Source: Pyrinomonadaceae bacterium (GTDB lineage: Bacteria > Acidobacteriota > Blastocatellia > Pyrinomonadales > Pyrinomonadaceae). From it: DNA of 64,000 nt. The notes beneath the pieces were generated by a model. The model ran no database searches. It had not been told where the DNA came from and saw only the letters and a list, made by a program, of their open reading frames with translations. The stretch is from assembly GCA_046313635.1 (NCBI GenBank), contig JBKBYA010000002.1, positions 160,001 through 224,000 on the forward strand. Direction: 5' to 3'. Positions 10,201 through 20,880 of this stretch are shown here, piece by piece; the stretch's first letter is position 1; each line of letters opens with the position of its first letter. A program made the translations under genes and the position numbers.

Positions 10201-10313
10201 GGCGGTGCCGTCGGCCGGCGCTGGCCCGGCGCGATGCCGGCGCCGATGGCAAGAATGATCGCTGAGGCCGCGGCCAGAGCCCGAAGGCGCGGGTGGAGGT
10301 ATGGAAGATTCAT
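7239..10313 (-). CDS. exported DUF3857-type transglutaminase-like protein with helical (TPR-like) C-terminus
   Basis: Start moved to MNLPYLHP, which gives a signal peptide; IRY, YGDCKD, FNHAV and YADAT give a Cys-His-Asp triad. Confidence 0.85.
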   Translation of the reverse strand: MNLPYLHPRLRALAAASAIILAIGAGIAPGQRRPTAPPPKKIVSITGTAPAAKAEPLTAGVTFDNYVVAIDVNADGTSTRTIEFTQRFESAMAVEAFARFEQEFNSSLDELTLSEVYIVKPDGSRRAVAPESARVHRTAQAEAAPGFSSLMVAEVTPSGVEIGDALHIKVRRVSKKTYFDGKFDDLMYFPAAFGWKNVVIDLTAPTDLPLQFEAIGLEGGKLPDTAGAGRSRWRWTLKDLKALPIEEIFLDHLTPSPRLALTTFKSFDELGAAFWNELERKAAVTPEVQALADEITKNAKTPEQQAYDIYLWVNKNIRYLSIVLDRGGWVPRSTTEILADRYGDCKDYSTLLYALLRAKYIESGPVLIRSDLSRWFPSVPVSSYFNHAVLYIPSLDLYADATAANTRLGLIPQSIAGKKALVTGKKVWIAQTPGDRPDESQLVSTTDVTLTADGAVKAAVRNRYVGKTEILFRPMFSDSSIKRSSDVFVATMLSYFGQNGTGRIVSVADPFKVGEPFMVDLEVELRDVTTIGRAGSFTLPAALNLNNPLALEILTKADSRRTDIPIGAMRFREDFTITLPDGVEPREPSAPVFEVKNSVGLYRREIRLEGGKAKASRELVVNRDVVTAAEYPLLKDLIARLVENYNITVDYIAPAATARVVSSLRTSSNAPAPKTDEKSLQARMMERFAEKTLSPAQVTRLESSLAASPNDLEARRDLIRHYSSYKYRDTPKRAAARLRHYVWFVENRPEMSAFDIFGVNSNFRPTAAEFKTLLPIWTAAVENNVADPHVRLNAFEFVKDHDPAAAEKILTDGIALDPSQYLFPLELSKMFETRKDASEPDAARRERLAKNLRYGQKALELLKTERSDERDELRARLLETISRSALELGENDLAVKLATELVLDHGQDARSANYDSAAHIGNIVLGRAALRQNDRKKAAEHLLIAIRAPLRKATSWLPEIDTALARELLAAGEKDAVLEYLKLCGELWNLRNEKELYADQVKALRKWQDQIRRGEVPSFDFYKP

Positions 10314-10356
10314 ATTCGTGGTTTGGCGGCGGCCGGGCGCAAGGCGGGCCGGCGGT

Positions 10357-12006
10357 CTATTGGTCCTTTGGGTCGGGCAAACCGCCGGAGCTGCCCGGGC
10401 CCGAAGCCGCGCCGTTAGAGGCCAGCGCCGAATTCTGCTGCTGGGGCGGCTGCCAGCCGGACCTCTCGAGCAGGTCCACGGCAAACTTGATCGGTATCGC
10501 CATATTGGCGGCGGTGTTTTCGGTAAAGACGCCGAAGTTGACGCCGATGACGCGGCCGTTCTGCCCAAAGAGCGGAGCGCCCGAGCCGCCCTCGGCGGTC
10601 TTTGCGTCGTGAACTATGCGCCGCGTCGCGACATCGGTGATAGAGCCCTGCGTGGTCAGCGGCGTGATCTTTTTGGACTGCGCGAGAAAGTTGATCAGAT
10701 TCTGCCGCGAGTTGCCGAATCGCTGGTTGATCGACTTGGCCTCGTCGTCGTCGACCATCGCCAGCAGCCGGTCAGGCCCGCTCGGGTAGCCCATCGTGAC
10801 GACCGTCTTGCCGATCGCTGCGGCGTCCGAATCGGGATCGAGCGGCAGCGACGAGACCTCGCTCGGCAGCGGCTGCGTTGAGAGAGCGACCGCGAGGTCC
10901 TCGCGCGACGACACCTGCTTGAGCGTGATCGGGAAGGGCTGCGAAAAATTTGGAAAGTAAACGACCAACCGCTTGACCCGCGCCCGGCCGTCCGAGTCTT
11001 TGATCATCTGCTTGACGGCGTCGTCCTCGGTCCACGGCTGCACGACGTGGCGGTTGGTGACGATGTAGCCGCCGCCGACATGAAACCCGGTCCCGATAAA
11101 GTCGTATTCGACCGGACTGCCCGCGCCCTCGGTCGTCAGCACGGTCTGCGGCGGGACGTTTTGCGGAATGCCGTCTTCGCTCGGTGACGGCTCGTACGGA
11201 TTGGCGGCCTGAGCCTGCGGGTCCGGGTAGCGGAGCTGCTTGCCGGTTTTGCGATCGACGAGGTCGTACACGCCGACGATCAGGCAAACGCCGTTGCCGT
11301 AGTCGACGCGGATGTTCTGCGCGAGCGAGACCGTCTTGATAAGGTCGGTATTGGTCTTTTCGAGCTGGCCGATCTGGTCGGTCGTGTCGCCGAGGCGCTT
11401 CTCGAGCTGGCGGATGACCTGGCTCTGAGCTTCGGTCGTCTCTCGGCTCTGCTTCAGCTCGCGGCTGACCGAGTAGCCGACATAGAGAGCTCCGTAAATG
11501 AAGGCCGCCAGCAGCACAAAGACGATCGCCTTGGTCGTCCACGAGATCTCGCGGAGAAGCTCGCGCGTGAATTCGCGAAGGAAGGCCTTTGCGTCGTCCC
11601 GCTTGGGCGACTGCCGAGCCTCAAGAGCGGCTTCCTCGATGAAGGGTGCGATCTGAAAGGGCTCGCGATTGGTCGTGATCAGCGCCGAGCGCGTCGAGAG
11701 AGAAAAGAACGAGAACGAGATCTCTGTATTCGGTATGCTGATCGTGTTGCCGTCGGTGACGGCGACGAAGCGGCGGAGCTTTTTGCCGTTGATCTGCAGG
11801 TCGAGTGAGGGATCGAATTCGACGATACGGTAAACGCCGTCCGAATTTTCGAGCTCGAGCCACAGCCCCGCGGTCGAGTCCACCATCCTCGAGTGGATCT
11901 GCAGATCGGCCGATTCGTCAGACCCAATGCGGATCCGCTCGTCCGAAAAAAACTCAGTTCGCTTCTCGGGGCCGACCGTGATGTGAATGATGATGCCGGA
12001 TGTCAT
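10357..12006 (-). CDS. membrane-anchored trypsin-like serine protease with N-terminal FHA-like domain and coiled coil
   Basis: GTGF, VTNRHVV, EDLAV, GYP, GGSGAPLF; one TM segment (AIVFVLLAAFIYGALYVGY); IRIGSD and LQING resemble an FHA fold. Confidence 0.85.
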   Translation of the reverse strand: MTSGIIIHITVGPEKRTEFFSDERIRIGSDESADLQIHSRMVDSTAGLWLELENSDGVYRIVEFDPSLDLQINGKKLRRFVAVTDGNTISIPNTEISFSFFSLSTRSALITTNREPFQIAPFIEEAALEARQSPKRDDAKAFLREFTRELLREISWTTKAIVFVLLAAFIYGALYVGYSVSRELKQSRETTEAQSQVIRQLEKRLGDTTDQIGQLEKTNTDLIKTVSLAQNIRVDYGNGVCLIVGVYDLVDRKTGKQLRYPDPQAQAANPYEPSPSEDGIPQNVPPQTVLTTEGAGSPVEYDFIGTGFHVGGGYIVTNRHVVQPWTEDDAVKQMIKDSDGRARVKRLVVYFPNFSQPFPITLKQVSSREDLAVALSTQPLPSEVSSLPLDPDSDAAAIGKTVVTMGYPSGPDRLLAMVDDDEAKSINQRFGNSRQNLINFLAQSKKITPLTTQGSITDVATRRIVHDAKTAEGGSGAPLFGQNGRVIGVNFGVFTENTAANMAIPIKFAVDLLERSGWQPPQQQNSALASNGAASGPGSSGGLPDPKDQ

Positions 12007-12100
12007 CTAATGCCAAAAGGCGTGCAGCAAGCACAAATTTTAACACGAACCTTTCTGCTTTGATGTGAAGCGCCGGCCTGCGAATGGCAAAATATCGAAG

Positions 12101-12502
12101 ATGTCCGAAAAGAAATTCATAGATGACCGCGGCCAGCTCGAGAGGCTGGCTCCGGTCGCAGCAGCTCCGGTCAGGCGGCACGTGCTGGTCTGTAACGGGA
12201 AGTCGTGCTCGGCCGTCGGCAGCGCCGAGGTCAAGCGGGCGTTTGAGACCGAGCTCGAGTCGCGCGGCCTGCGCTACGGCAAGGCGTCAAAGGGCCGCAA
12301 TCCCGAGGGCCCGGTCGTGCTCACGGACTGCGGCTCGGTCGGCTTCTGCTCGGTGGGCCCGGCAGTGCTCGTCTATCCCGAAGGCGTCTGGTACGCCCAG
12401 GTCTCACCCAAAGACGTCCCCGAGATCGTCGAGTCTCACCTCGAGAACGGCGAGCCGGTCAAGCGGCTCGTGCTGATCGAGCGGTTTGGCGAGGGCGGAT
12501 AG
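12101..12502 (+). CDS. thioredoxin-like [2Fe-2S] ferredoxin
   Basis: HVLVC-NGKS-C, GSVGFCSVGPAVLVYPEGVWY, EIVESHL. Confidence 0.88.
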   Translation: MSEKKFIDDRGQLERLAPVAAAPVRRHVLVCNGKSCSAVGSAEVKRAFETELESRGLRYGKASKGRNPEGPVVLTDCGSVGFCSVGPAVLVYPEGVWYAQVSPKDVPEIVESHLENGEPVKRLVLIERFGEGG

Positions 12503-12597
12503 TCTCGTTTTTTGTGGCAACTTCGCCGGGTGCGTGCCCATCCGTTAGTTTGGTATAAGCGGCGAATCGCCGTTTATTTGGTTTAAGGGGGAGAATT

Positions 12598-13233
12598 ATG
12601 AAGATCGACAAATTGACCAAAGCGGCAGCTCTTTTTTTGGCGGCGGTATTTGTTTTGACCGCGGGTTCGAGCGTCTATGCACAAGGACGCGGACGCGGCG
12701 GCGGCAACGCCGGCGGCAGCAGCCGCGGCGGCGGTCCGCCCGCGACGAGCCCCGGCGTGGACCGCGGCATCTTTACCTCGGACGATCGGTCGGATGGACG
12801 TTCGACGCGAGGTCGCGACACGGCTTCGGAACGCTCGAACGGCCGCTCGGATGACGGCATCGATCGTGCGCGGGCGCGAGGCGAGAATCGAAATTCGCGC
12901 GGCGACGCTCCGATGAACGGCTCGGAGCTTAACCGCTTTCGCGGCATCGCAAAGAAGCTGGGCACGACGCCCGAAAAACTTCGCTCGCAGTACCAAGCGG
13001 CATTGGCCGACGATCCTGATCTCAAATGGGGACAGTTCGTCGCGGCCAACGTCGTCGCTGACAATCTCAGCGGCCGTTATCCGGGCGTGACGGCCTCAGC
13101 TATCCTCGCAGGTTACCGCAGCGGCGACAGCCTCGGCGAAACCCTCCGCAGGCTCCGCGTCCCGAAGGACGAAGCCAAGCGTGCGGAGAAAGAAGCCAAA
13201 CGACACATCCGGGAAGCCGATGACAGAGACTAG
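12598..13233 (+). CDS. hypothetical secreted protein, Gly/Arg-rich N-terminus
   Basis: GGGGAG RBS, signal peptide ending VYA-Q, downstream terminator. Confidence 0.75.
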   Translation: MKIDKLTKAAALFLAAVFVLTAGSSVYAQGRGRGGGNAGGSSRGGGPPATSPGVDRGIFTSDDRSDGRSTRGRDTASERSNGRSDDGIDRARARGENRNSRGDAPMNGSELNRFRGIAKKLGTTPEKLRSQYQAALADDPDLKWGQFVAANVVADNLSGRYPGVTASAILAGYRSGDSLGETLRRLRVPKDEAKRAEKEAKRHIREADDRD

Positions 13234-13255
13234 CCGCGGCATCATCCAAAACAGC

Positions 13256-13292
13256 AAAAGCAGGCCTCGAGCGAGCGCCTGCTTTTCTTTTT
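13256..13292. terminator. probable bidirectional terminator
   Basis: AAAAGCAGGC / GCCTGCTTTT between convergent genes. Confidence 0.75.
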
Positions 13293-13306
13293 GCTTAAAA
13301 CGTCAG

Positions 13307-14701
13307 TTAACCGCGCATCTCGCCGAGTATCTGATCGACGACCTTCTTCGCGTCGCCGAAGAGCATCAGCGTATTTTCGCGGTAGAAGAGCGGATTGTCG
13401 ACGCCGGCGTAGCCTGATGCCATCGAGCGTTTCATCACGATGACGTCGCGCGACTCCCAGACGTGCAGCACCGGCATTCCGGCGATCGGCGACGCGGGGT
13501 CGTCCATTGCCGAAGGATTGACGATGTCGTTGGCGCCGATGACCCAGGCGACGTCGGTCGAGCCGAAGTCGTCGTTGATCTCGTCCATCTCAAAGACGAT
13601 GTCGTACGGAATGTTGGCCTCGGCGAGCAGGACGTTCATATGGCCGGGCAGGCGGCCGGCGACCGGGTGGATCGCGAAGCGGACGGTGACACCTTTTTCG
13701 GTCAGGATCTTGACGACCTCGGCGAGCGAATGCTGCGCCTGGGCGACCGCGAGGCCGTAACCGGGAACGATGATCACGCTTCGGGCCTGCTGCAGCAGAT
13801 CGGCCGCGCCGGGTGCTTCGATCGAGCGAACTTCGCCCGCGGGAGCCGAGCCTGCGACCGGTGCGGTGCCGCCTTCGGTGCCGAAGCCGCCCAGGATCAC
13901 GCTGATGAACGAGCGGTTCATGCCTTGGCACATGATGTAGCTGAGGATCGCGCCACTTGACCCGACAAGCGCGCCGGTGATGATGAGCAGGTCGTTCGAG
14001 AGCATAAAGCCCGCGGCAGCCGCCGCCCAGCCCGAATAGCTGTTGAGCATCGAGACGACCACCGGCATATCCGCCCCGCCGATCGCCATTACGAGATGCA
14101 CGCCGATGATCGCGGTAATGATCGTCGCCGCGATGAGCGCCCATTCGCCCGAAGTGCCGGGAGCGGTCATAAAGAAGTATCCGAGCACGACGGTCGCCGC
14201 GAGCATCATCAGATTGACGATGTGCCGGCCCGGGATGAGGAACGGCTTGCCGCCAATAGTGCCCTGCAGCTTGGCGTACGCGATGACCGAGCCGGTGAAG
14301 GTGATCGCGCCGATGCAGACGCCGATGAAGACTTCGGCAAGATGCACGGCGTCATTCGCGCCGGCGTGCCCTCCGGCTCCGCGATAGGTCGCGAATCCCA
14401 CGAGCACCGCCGCCAGACCAACAAAGCTGTGCAGTATCGCCACGAGCTGCGGCATCGACGTCATCTGCACGCGCGAAGCTACGAGCGCTCCGATCGCCGC
14501 GCCGGGGATCAGCACGGCGAGCAGGATCGGATAACTGCTCACGTCCATACGCGCCGCCGTCGCGACGAGCGCGATCGCCATTCCGATGATCCCGTAAAGA
14601 TTCCCCCGCCGCGCCGTCTCCTGCTGAGACAATCCGCCGAGACTGAGGATGAACAATGCACTCGCGGCAATGTAGGCAACTGTGATAAGGCCGTCTTTCA
14701 T
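13307..14701 (-). CDS. pntB: NAD(P) transhydrogenase beta subunit
   Basis: [56 protein letters not shown]. Confidence 0.97.
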   Translation of the reverse strand: MKDGLITVAYIAASALFILSLGGLSQQETARRGNLYGIIGMAIALVATAARMDVSSYPILLAVLIPGAAIGALVASRVQMTSMPQLVAILHSFVGLAAVLVGFATYRGAGGHAGANDAVHLAEVFIGVCIGAITFTGSVIAYAKLQGTIGGKPFLIPGRHIVNLMMLAATVVLGYFFMTAPGTSGEWALIAATIITAIIGVHLVMAIGGADMPVVVSMLNSYSGWAAAAAGFMLSNDLLIITGALVGSSGAILSYIMCQGMNRSFISVILGGFGTEGGTAPVAGSAPAGEVRSIEAPGAADLLQQARSVIIVPGYGLAVAQAQHSLAEVVKILTEKGVTVRFAIHPVAGRLPGHMNVLLAEANIPYDIVFEMDEINDDFGSTDVAWVIGANDIVNPSAMDDPASPIAGMPVLHVWESRDVIVMKRSMASGYAGVDNPLFYRENTLMLFGDAKKVVDQILGEMRG

Positions 14702-14711
14702 TTAACTAGAT

Positions 14712-15392
14712 TGCAGAAGCCCGCGCGTAAGCAAGGGCGTAACATCCAACCTGGTCGCGTACGCTTCTCGTAAAACGCGCCGCATCCCGTAAAAAAATCT
14801 ATTCCTTTCTAAACTCGAACGGAATGTCTTCCTGACAATAAAGTACATAATCAACCGCCGCTTCGACGTGCCGCGGTTTCCACAAATACCGAGTGCTCGC
14901 GCCGCGGGACCAAACCTTTGCGCCGCTGTCGATCTGTAGGTCCTTTCGCAATTTTCTGGTCGAGTACGACTTGAATTCATTAACGATCTTTTCGGGCTTT
15001 ACCGCAGCCGAGACGACGGAATGAGTATGATTCGTCCTGACGTTCAAGGCTCTGAGTCCATAGCCGCGATGCGAACATACTTCTTTGATCGCCCCGGCCA
15101 CGATATCTCTTTGATTCGGATCGAGTGTGATCGCGTGTCGGCTCCTGGTCGCTGCCATCTCTTCGATGAACGGCTCACTTGGCTCAATTCCAGGTTCGCC
15201 GTATCTGTTAGTTCCGTGCCTTCCGACCGAACCTCGTTTGTCGCCGTGCAGCCATGTTCCGTAGGTTCGAAACGTAAGGAGATAGGCGATCGGGAACTCG
15301 TTCTCCTCGTAAACTTCGAAGCCGTGGTCGTCGAGCATGTCTCGGTACGTTTAGTTGGATGTTACGCCCTTGCTTACGCGCGGGCTTCTGCA
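14712..15392. mobile_element. RAYT-like cassette: HUH transposase flanked by inverted REP arms
   Basis: Perfect 39-bp inverted repeat TGCAGAAGCCCGCGCGTAAGCAAGGGCGTAACATCCAAC at 14712-14750 and 15354-15392; visibly more AT-rich than the flanks; splits pntA from pntB. Confidence 0.85.
14799..15338 (-). CDS. Y1/HUH tyrosine transposase (IS200-like, REP-associated)
   Basis: AYLLTFRTYGTWLHGD, NHTH (HUH), FKSYSTRKL, VWSRG, candidate catalytic Tyr in AVDYVLYCQ; no tnpB nearby. Confidence 0.9.
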   Translation of the reverse strand: MLDDHGFEVYEENEFPIAYLLTFRTYGTWLHGDKRGSVGRHGTNRYGEPGIEPSEPFIEEMAATRSRHAITLDPNQRDIVAGAIKEVCSHRGYGLRALNVRTNHTHSVVSAAVKPEKIVNEFKSYSTRKLRKDLQIDSGAKVWSRGASTRYLWKPRHVEAAVDYVLYCQEDIPFEFRKE

Positions 15393-15495
15393 TTCACTCG
15401 GCCGCCGGATCCGCTAAATGCACAGCCATTTCGACTTCGTCTCTTGTCGTCAAGAGCCGGCACATGATTCCATTTTTTGTGATCCCACTGCCGCA

Positions 15496-17103
15496 TCACC
15501 TTCTAAACATCCCCAACATCCGATTCGTCACCAAAAATCCGCCGGCGATGTTGATCGCGGCGATGAGGACGGCGACGGCGCCGAGGATGGTGGTGAGATT
15601 GAGCGATGTGCCGGAGAGCTGGAGCATTCCGCCGATGAGGATGATGCCGCTGATGGCGTTGGTGACGCTCATGAGCGGCGTGTGAAGCGCGGGCTTCACA
15701 TTCCATACGACCTGCCAGCCGACAAAGCACGCGAGGATAAAGACCGTGAAGTGGCCGAGAAAACCAGAGCCTTCGGCGCCGGCCCCGCCGTTGGACGGCG
15801 CGATCAGGCCGATGCCGAGAAGTATCAATCCCGCGACGACAAGCAGCGTCGGGCTGACGCCCTGCGATTCGCCGTGACCGTGATTGCCGGACTTTGCGGC
15901 GGGCACGGCGGCTGAAGCGGCCGAGCTCTTGGTCGGCACGCCCGGTTCCGGCGGGGCCGGCGGCAGCGGCGGCGGCCAGAGAAGTTTGCCTTTGTCGAGA
16001 ACGATCGCTCCGCGAATGACCTCGTCGTCGAGATCTGCGTATAGATTACCTTCTTCGTCGCGGAGGTCCTCGATGAGCGCGGTGAGGGTCGCTCCGTATA
16101 GCTGGCTCGACATGCTCGCCATACGTGAGGGCAGATCGGTGTAGCCGATGATCGTCACGCCCTTGTGCTTGACGACGCGGCCGGGCTCGGTGAGGACGCA
16201 GTTGCCGCCTTGCTCGGCGGCGAGATCGACGATGACGGAGCCGGGCTTCATCGACTCAACCATTCCTTGCGTGATGAGCTTAGGCGCGGGCTTGCCGGGG
16301 ATGAGTGCGGTCGTGATGATGATATCGACCTCCATCGCCTGCTGGGCAAAGAGCGCCATCTCGGCACGGAGAAACGCGTCCGACATCTCTTTGGCGTAGC
16401 CGCCCTTGCCCTCGCCTTCCTCTTTGATGTCGAGCTCAAGGAACTGCGCGCCCATCGACGCGACCTGGTCCCGAGTCGCCGAACGCGGGTCGAATGCACG
16501 CACGATCGCCCCGAGGCCTTTTGCAGCGCCGATGGCCGAGAGCCCCGCCACGCCGGCGCCGATGACGAGCACCTTCGCCGGATCGATGCGGCCCGCGGCC
16601 GTGATCTGTCCGGTAAAGAAGCGAGGGAAGTGGGCCGCGGCTTCGACGACCGCTCGATAGCCCGCGATGTTGGCCATCGCCGAGAGCGTGTCCATCTTTT
16701 GCGCGCGTGTGATCCGCGGCACCGAGTCCATCGCAAAGGCCGTGACGCGGCGGCGGGCGAGGCGGTCGATCAGTTCGCGATTCTGTCCGGGCCAGAGAAA
16801 GCCGATAAGCCACGCTTCTTCTCTGATGAGGTCAGCCTCGTGCACGCCGAGCGCCGGATCGTGCTCGGGCGGGCGCACCTTCAGGACGAGGTCTGACTCG
16901 GCCCACAGCTGACGCGTGTCGGTGATCACTACCGCACCGGCTTCGCGATACTCCGAGTCGGATGCGTTTATGGCCTCGCCGGCACCGGATTCAACCAGGG
17001 CGTCAAAGCCAAGTTTTTTAAGCTTAAGGACGGTTTGAGGCGTCGCGGCGACGCGCTTTTCACCCGGGTGGATCTCTCGCGGGATCCCGATCTTGATTGT
17101 CAT
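15496..17103 (-). CDS. pntA: NAD(P) transhydrogenase alpha subunit
   Basis: [53 protein letters not shown]. Confidence 0.97.
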   Translation of the reverse strand: MTIKIGIPREIHPGEKRVAATPQTVLKLKKLGFDALVESGAGEAINASDSEYREAGAVVITDTRQLWAESDLVLKVRPPEHDPALGVHEADLIREEAWLIGFLWPGQNRELIDRLARRRVTAFAMDSVPRITRAQKMDTLSAMANIAGYRAVVEAAAHFPRFFTGQITAAGRIDPAKVLVIGAGVAGLSAIGAAKGLGAIVRAFDPRSATRDQVASMGAQFLELDIKEEGEGKGGYAKEMSDAFLRAEMALFAQQAMEVDIIITTALIPGKPAPKLITQGMVESMKPGSVIVDLAAEQGGNCVLTEPGRVVKHKGVTIIGYTDLPSRMASMSSQLYGATLTALIEDLRDEEGNLYADLDDEVIRGAIVLDKGKLLWPPPLPPAPPEPGVPTKSSAASAAVPAAKSGNHGHGESQGVSPTLLVVAGLILLGIGLIAPSNGGAGAEGSGFLGHFTVFILACFVGWQVVWNVKPALHTPLMSVTNAISGIILIGGMLQLSGTSLNLTTILGAVAVLIAAINIAGGFLVTNRMLGMFRR

Positions 17104-17183
17104 CGGAATAAATATAGTTTAGTTCCAGGACGGCGGCAAACAACTCCTGATGCCGTCCGGTGTCGATAGTTCTGACCCCATTC

Positions 17184-17708
17184 CTACTGACCCGGCGGGA
17201 GCTTTTGGATCGTGATCATGATCAGCGGATCGTCGCCGGAAGTGCGGTTGTACATCAGCCAAAAGCCCGCTTTGGGGTACTTGACCATCTTGTATATCGA
17301 CCCGTCGGGCTTGGGCTCGACGTCCGCGCCAAAAACGTCCTTCGGCGTCGGAGCTCCTGCATCCGCGCCGACGTAATTGACCGAGATCGCTTTTACCATC
17401 TTGTTCTCGTAGAGGACCTGAACGGTCTCTTTGTCCGAAAAAACAAAGTAGTCCTCAAACTCCGAAGTGTCCCGCGCTTTGCCAAGCAGGCTGCGTGCGT
17501 CCGCCGCGGGCATGCCGATCTTGACGCCGCGGTAGCCGCTATAGACCGGCATCTCCGGCGTCGGCGTCGGAGCTGCCTCGGCCGCCATCGCGGCCCGCGT
17601 CGAGCTCGGCCCGGCCGGAGAGGCGTATAGAAACGAAGCGACCGCCGCGAGGGCGAACGCAAACCAGCCGAGATGCCTCAGGTAGTTTCGGTCTGTCCTG
17701 ATGAACAT
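17184..17708 (-). CDS. hypothetical exported protein
   Basis: GGAGG RBS, hydrophobic N-terminus, PTPTP linker, YRGVKIGM domain. Confidence 0.72.
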   Translation of the reverse strand: MFIRTDRNYLRHLGWFAFALAAVASFLYASPAGPSSTRAAMAAEAAPTPTPEMPVYSGYRGVKIGMPAADARSLLGKARDTSEFEDYFVFSDKETVQVLYENKMVKAISVNYVGADAGAPTPKDVFGADVEPKPDGSIYKMVKYPKAGFWLMYNRTSGDDPLIMITIQKLPPGQ

Positions 17709-17905
17709 ACAACGTTAACCTCCGATGATCGGTTGTGAAATAGGCACGAGGTCACGATGGCGTCAACAGCAAATGTCGTGCTCGTGAGCGCAGCCCGATT
17801 TTACTCGAATTTCGCAAGTGCCGCGCAGCAAACTCGCGTAAAATCACGCTCGAAGGCGTAAAATCACGCGCGCCTAAAGCCTCGGACCAGGCGTCGCCCG
17901 ACCGC

Positions 17906-17940
17906 AAAAAAAGGCGGCCCCGCGCATCCGCGAGGTCGCC
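17906..17940 (-). terminator. terminator of the gcv operon
   Basis: GGCGACCTCGCG / CGCGGGGCCGCC followed by T7 on the minus strand. Confidence 0.75.
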
Positions 17941-17963
17941 ATTGAGGAGCTTAATCAGCTCGT

Positions 17964-19487
<1,524 letters not shown>

Positions 19488-19493
19488 AAAAAC

Positions 19494-20804
19494 TTATGCC
19501 TTCGGCAAACCTCTCTTGGCCACGTCGGCCACGACCTCGCAGAAGCGGTCGAGCTCCCACAGCGTCGTGTAAACGTTCGGCGTGATGCGGATGCCGGTAA
19601 ATTCGTCGTGCACGATCGGCGTCGTAAAAATGTGATGCTTCGACATCAGATAGCTGCCGAGCTTCACCGGGTCGACGCCGTCGATCTTGAAGTTGGCGAT
19701 CGCACAGGACTGCCGCGGATCGAACGACGTGTTAAAGCCGACCTTCGGCACGTCCTTGAGCCGATCCATCCAGTAGCGCGACAGATATCTCAAACGCTCT
19801 TCCTTTCGTTTGCCGCCGATCGCGTTATGAAACAGGATCGCTTCGCCGATCGCGAGCCGCATCGCGGCCGAATGCGTGCCGATCTCTTCGTACTTGCGTA
19901 TGTCGCCGCGATTCTTGTCCTCGCTGGCCATGAGCGCCCAGACCTTTGGGATCTTTTCCTTGCGGACGTAGAGCATTCCCGTGCCCTTCGGCGCGTAGAG
20001 CCATTTGTGCAGGGAAGTGCCGAAGTAATCGCAGCCGAGGTCGTCGCGTTTGAAATCGAACTGTGCGAAAGAATGTGCCCCGTCGACGATCGTCTCGATG
20101 CCGCGGGCCCGCGCCATCTCGCAGACCTTTTTGACGGGATTGATCTGGCCGGTGAGATTGATCTGATGCGATACGAGGATCAGCCGGGTCCGCGGCGTGA
20201 CCGCACGCTCGAATGCGGCGGCGATGTCATCGACATTCTGCGGAGCGATCGGGATCTTGATGAGTTTGAGCTTCAGCCCCTCGCGCAGCTCGCGCTGCTT
20301 GAGCGTCGTCAGCATTCGAGGGTAGTCCTGCGTCGTCGTCAGGATCTCGTCGCCCGCCTTGAGATCGAGGCCCATCAAGAGGATCTCCAGCGACTCGCTC
20401 GCGTTGCGCGTGATGGCGATCTCCTCGGCGTCGCAGCCGAAGAGCTCGGCGAGTCCCGTTCGGATCGTCTCGGACTGCGGCTCGAGGATCTGCCACATCG
20501 TGTACGCGGTCGCGTCCTCCTGCTGCCACGTGTAGCGAACGAACGCTTCGGTCACCATCCGCGGGCTCGGACTGACGCCGCCGTTGTTGAGATTGATGAT
20601 GCCGCGCGTTACGGAGAATGCCTGCTGGATCGTCGCCCAGTAGTCCTCGTCGGCCGCGGCCTCGAGCGGCGAGAGGTGCGCGACCTTTCGGCCGGCTGCC
20701 TGTACGTTTTCAAAGAGCGAAGCGACGGTCGCCGAAGCCAAGGTCATCAGGCCGAGGCCCTTGGCCGCGGAATTGAGAAATGTCCTTCGGTCAACACTCA
20801 TCAA
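19494..20804 (-). CDS. class V PLP-dependent enzyme (isopenicillin-N-epimerase/cysteine-lyase-like) with twin-arginine signal
   Basis: DRRTFL Tat motif; INLNNGGVSPSP, IVDGAH, GTSLHKWL (PLP lysine). Confidence 0.88.
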   Translation of the reverse strand: MMSVDRRTFLNSAAKGLGLMTLASATVASLFENVQAAGRKVAHLSPLEAAADEDYWATIQQAFSVTRGIINLNNGGVSPSPRMVTEAFVRYTWQQEDATAYTMWQILEPQSETIRTGLAELFGCDAEEIAITRNASESLEILLMGLDLKAGDEILTTTQDYPRMLTTLKQRELREGLKLKLIKIPIAPQNVDDIAAAFERAVTPRTRLILVSHQINLTGQINPVKKVCEMARARGIETIVDGAHSFAQFDFKRDDLGCDYFGTSLHKWLYAPKGTGMLYVRKEKIPKVWALMASEDKNRGDIRKYEEIGTHSAAMRLAIGEAILFHNAIGGKRKEERLRYLSRYWMDRLKDVPKVGFNTSFDPRQSCAIANFKIDGVDPVKLGSYLMSKHHIFTTPIVHDEFTGIRITPNVYTTLWELDRFCEVVADVAKRGLPKA

Positions 20805-20816
20805 GATACTCGACAG

Positions 20817-20874
20817 ACTATCGACTGCATTTTGAGATTCAGTGGATAGTTGGAAGTTTGAAGTTGATAGTGGT
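20817..20874. repeat. heptamer array with short inverted arm
   Basis: cagtgga tagttgg aagtttg aagttga tagtggt; ACTATCGACTG (20817-20827) pairs with CAGTGGATAGT (20840-20850), 1 mismatch. Confidence 0.65.
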
Positions 20875-20880
20875 GCGGTC

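Noticed and set aside
10314..10568. N-terminal extensions in the ORF track (also 26671-26835, 49450-49734, 52243-52401, 53253-53357)
   Set aside because: They overlap neighbouring genes or repeats; later starts give better RBS, signal peptide or family N-termini.
14712..15392. Classical IS with terminal inverted repeats, or IS605 with tnpB
   Set aside because: The enzyme is HUH-type rather than DDE, there is no tnpB, and no target duplication is evident.
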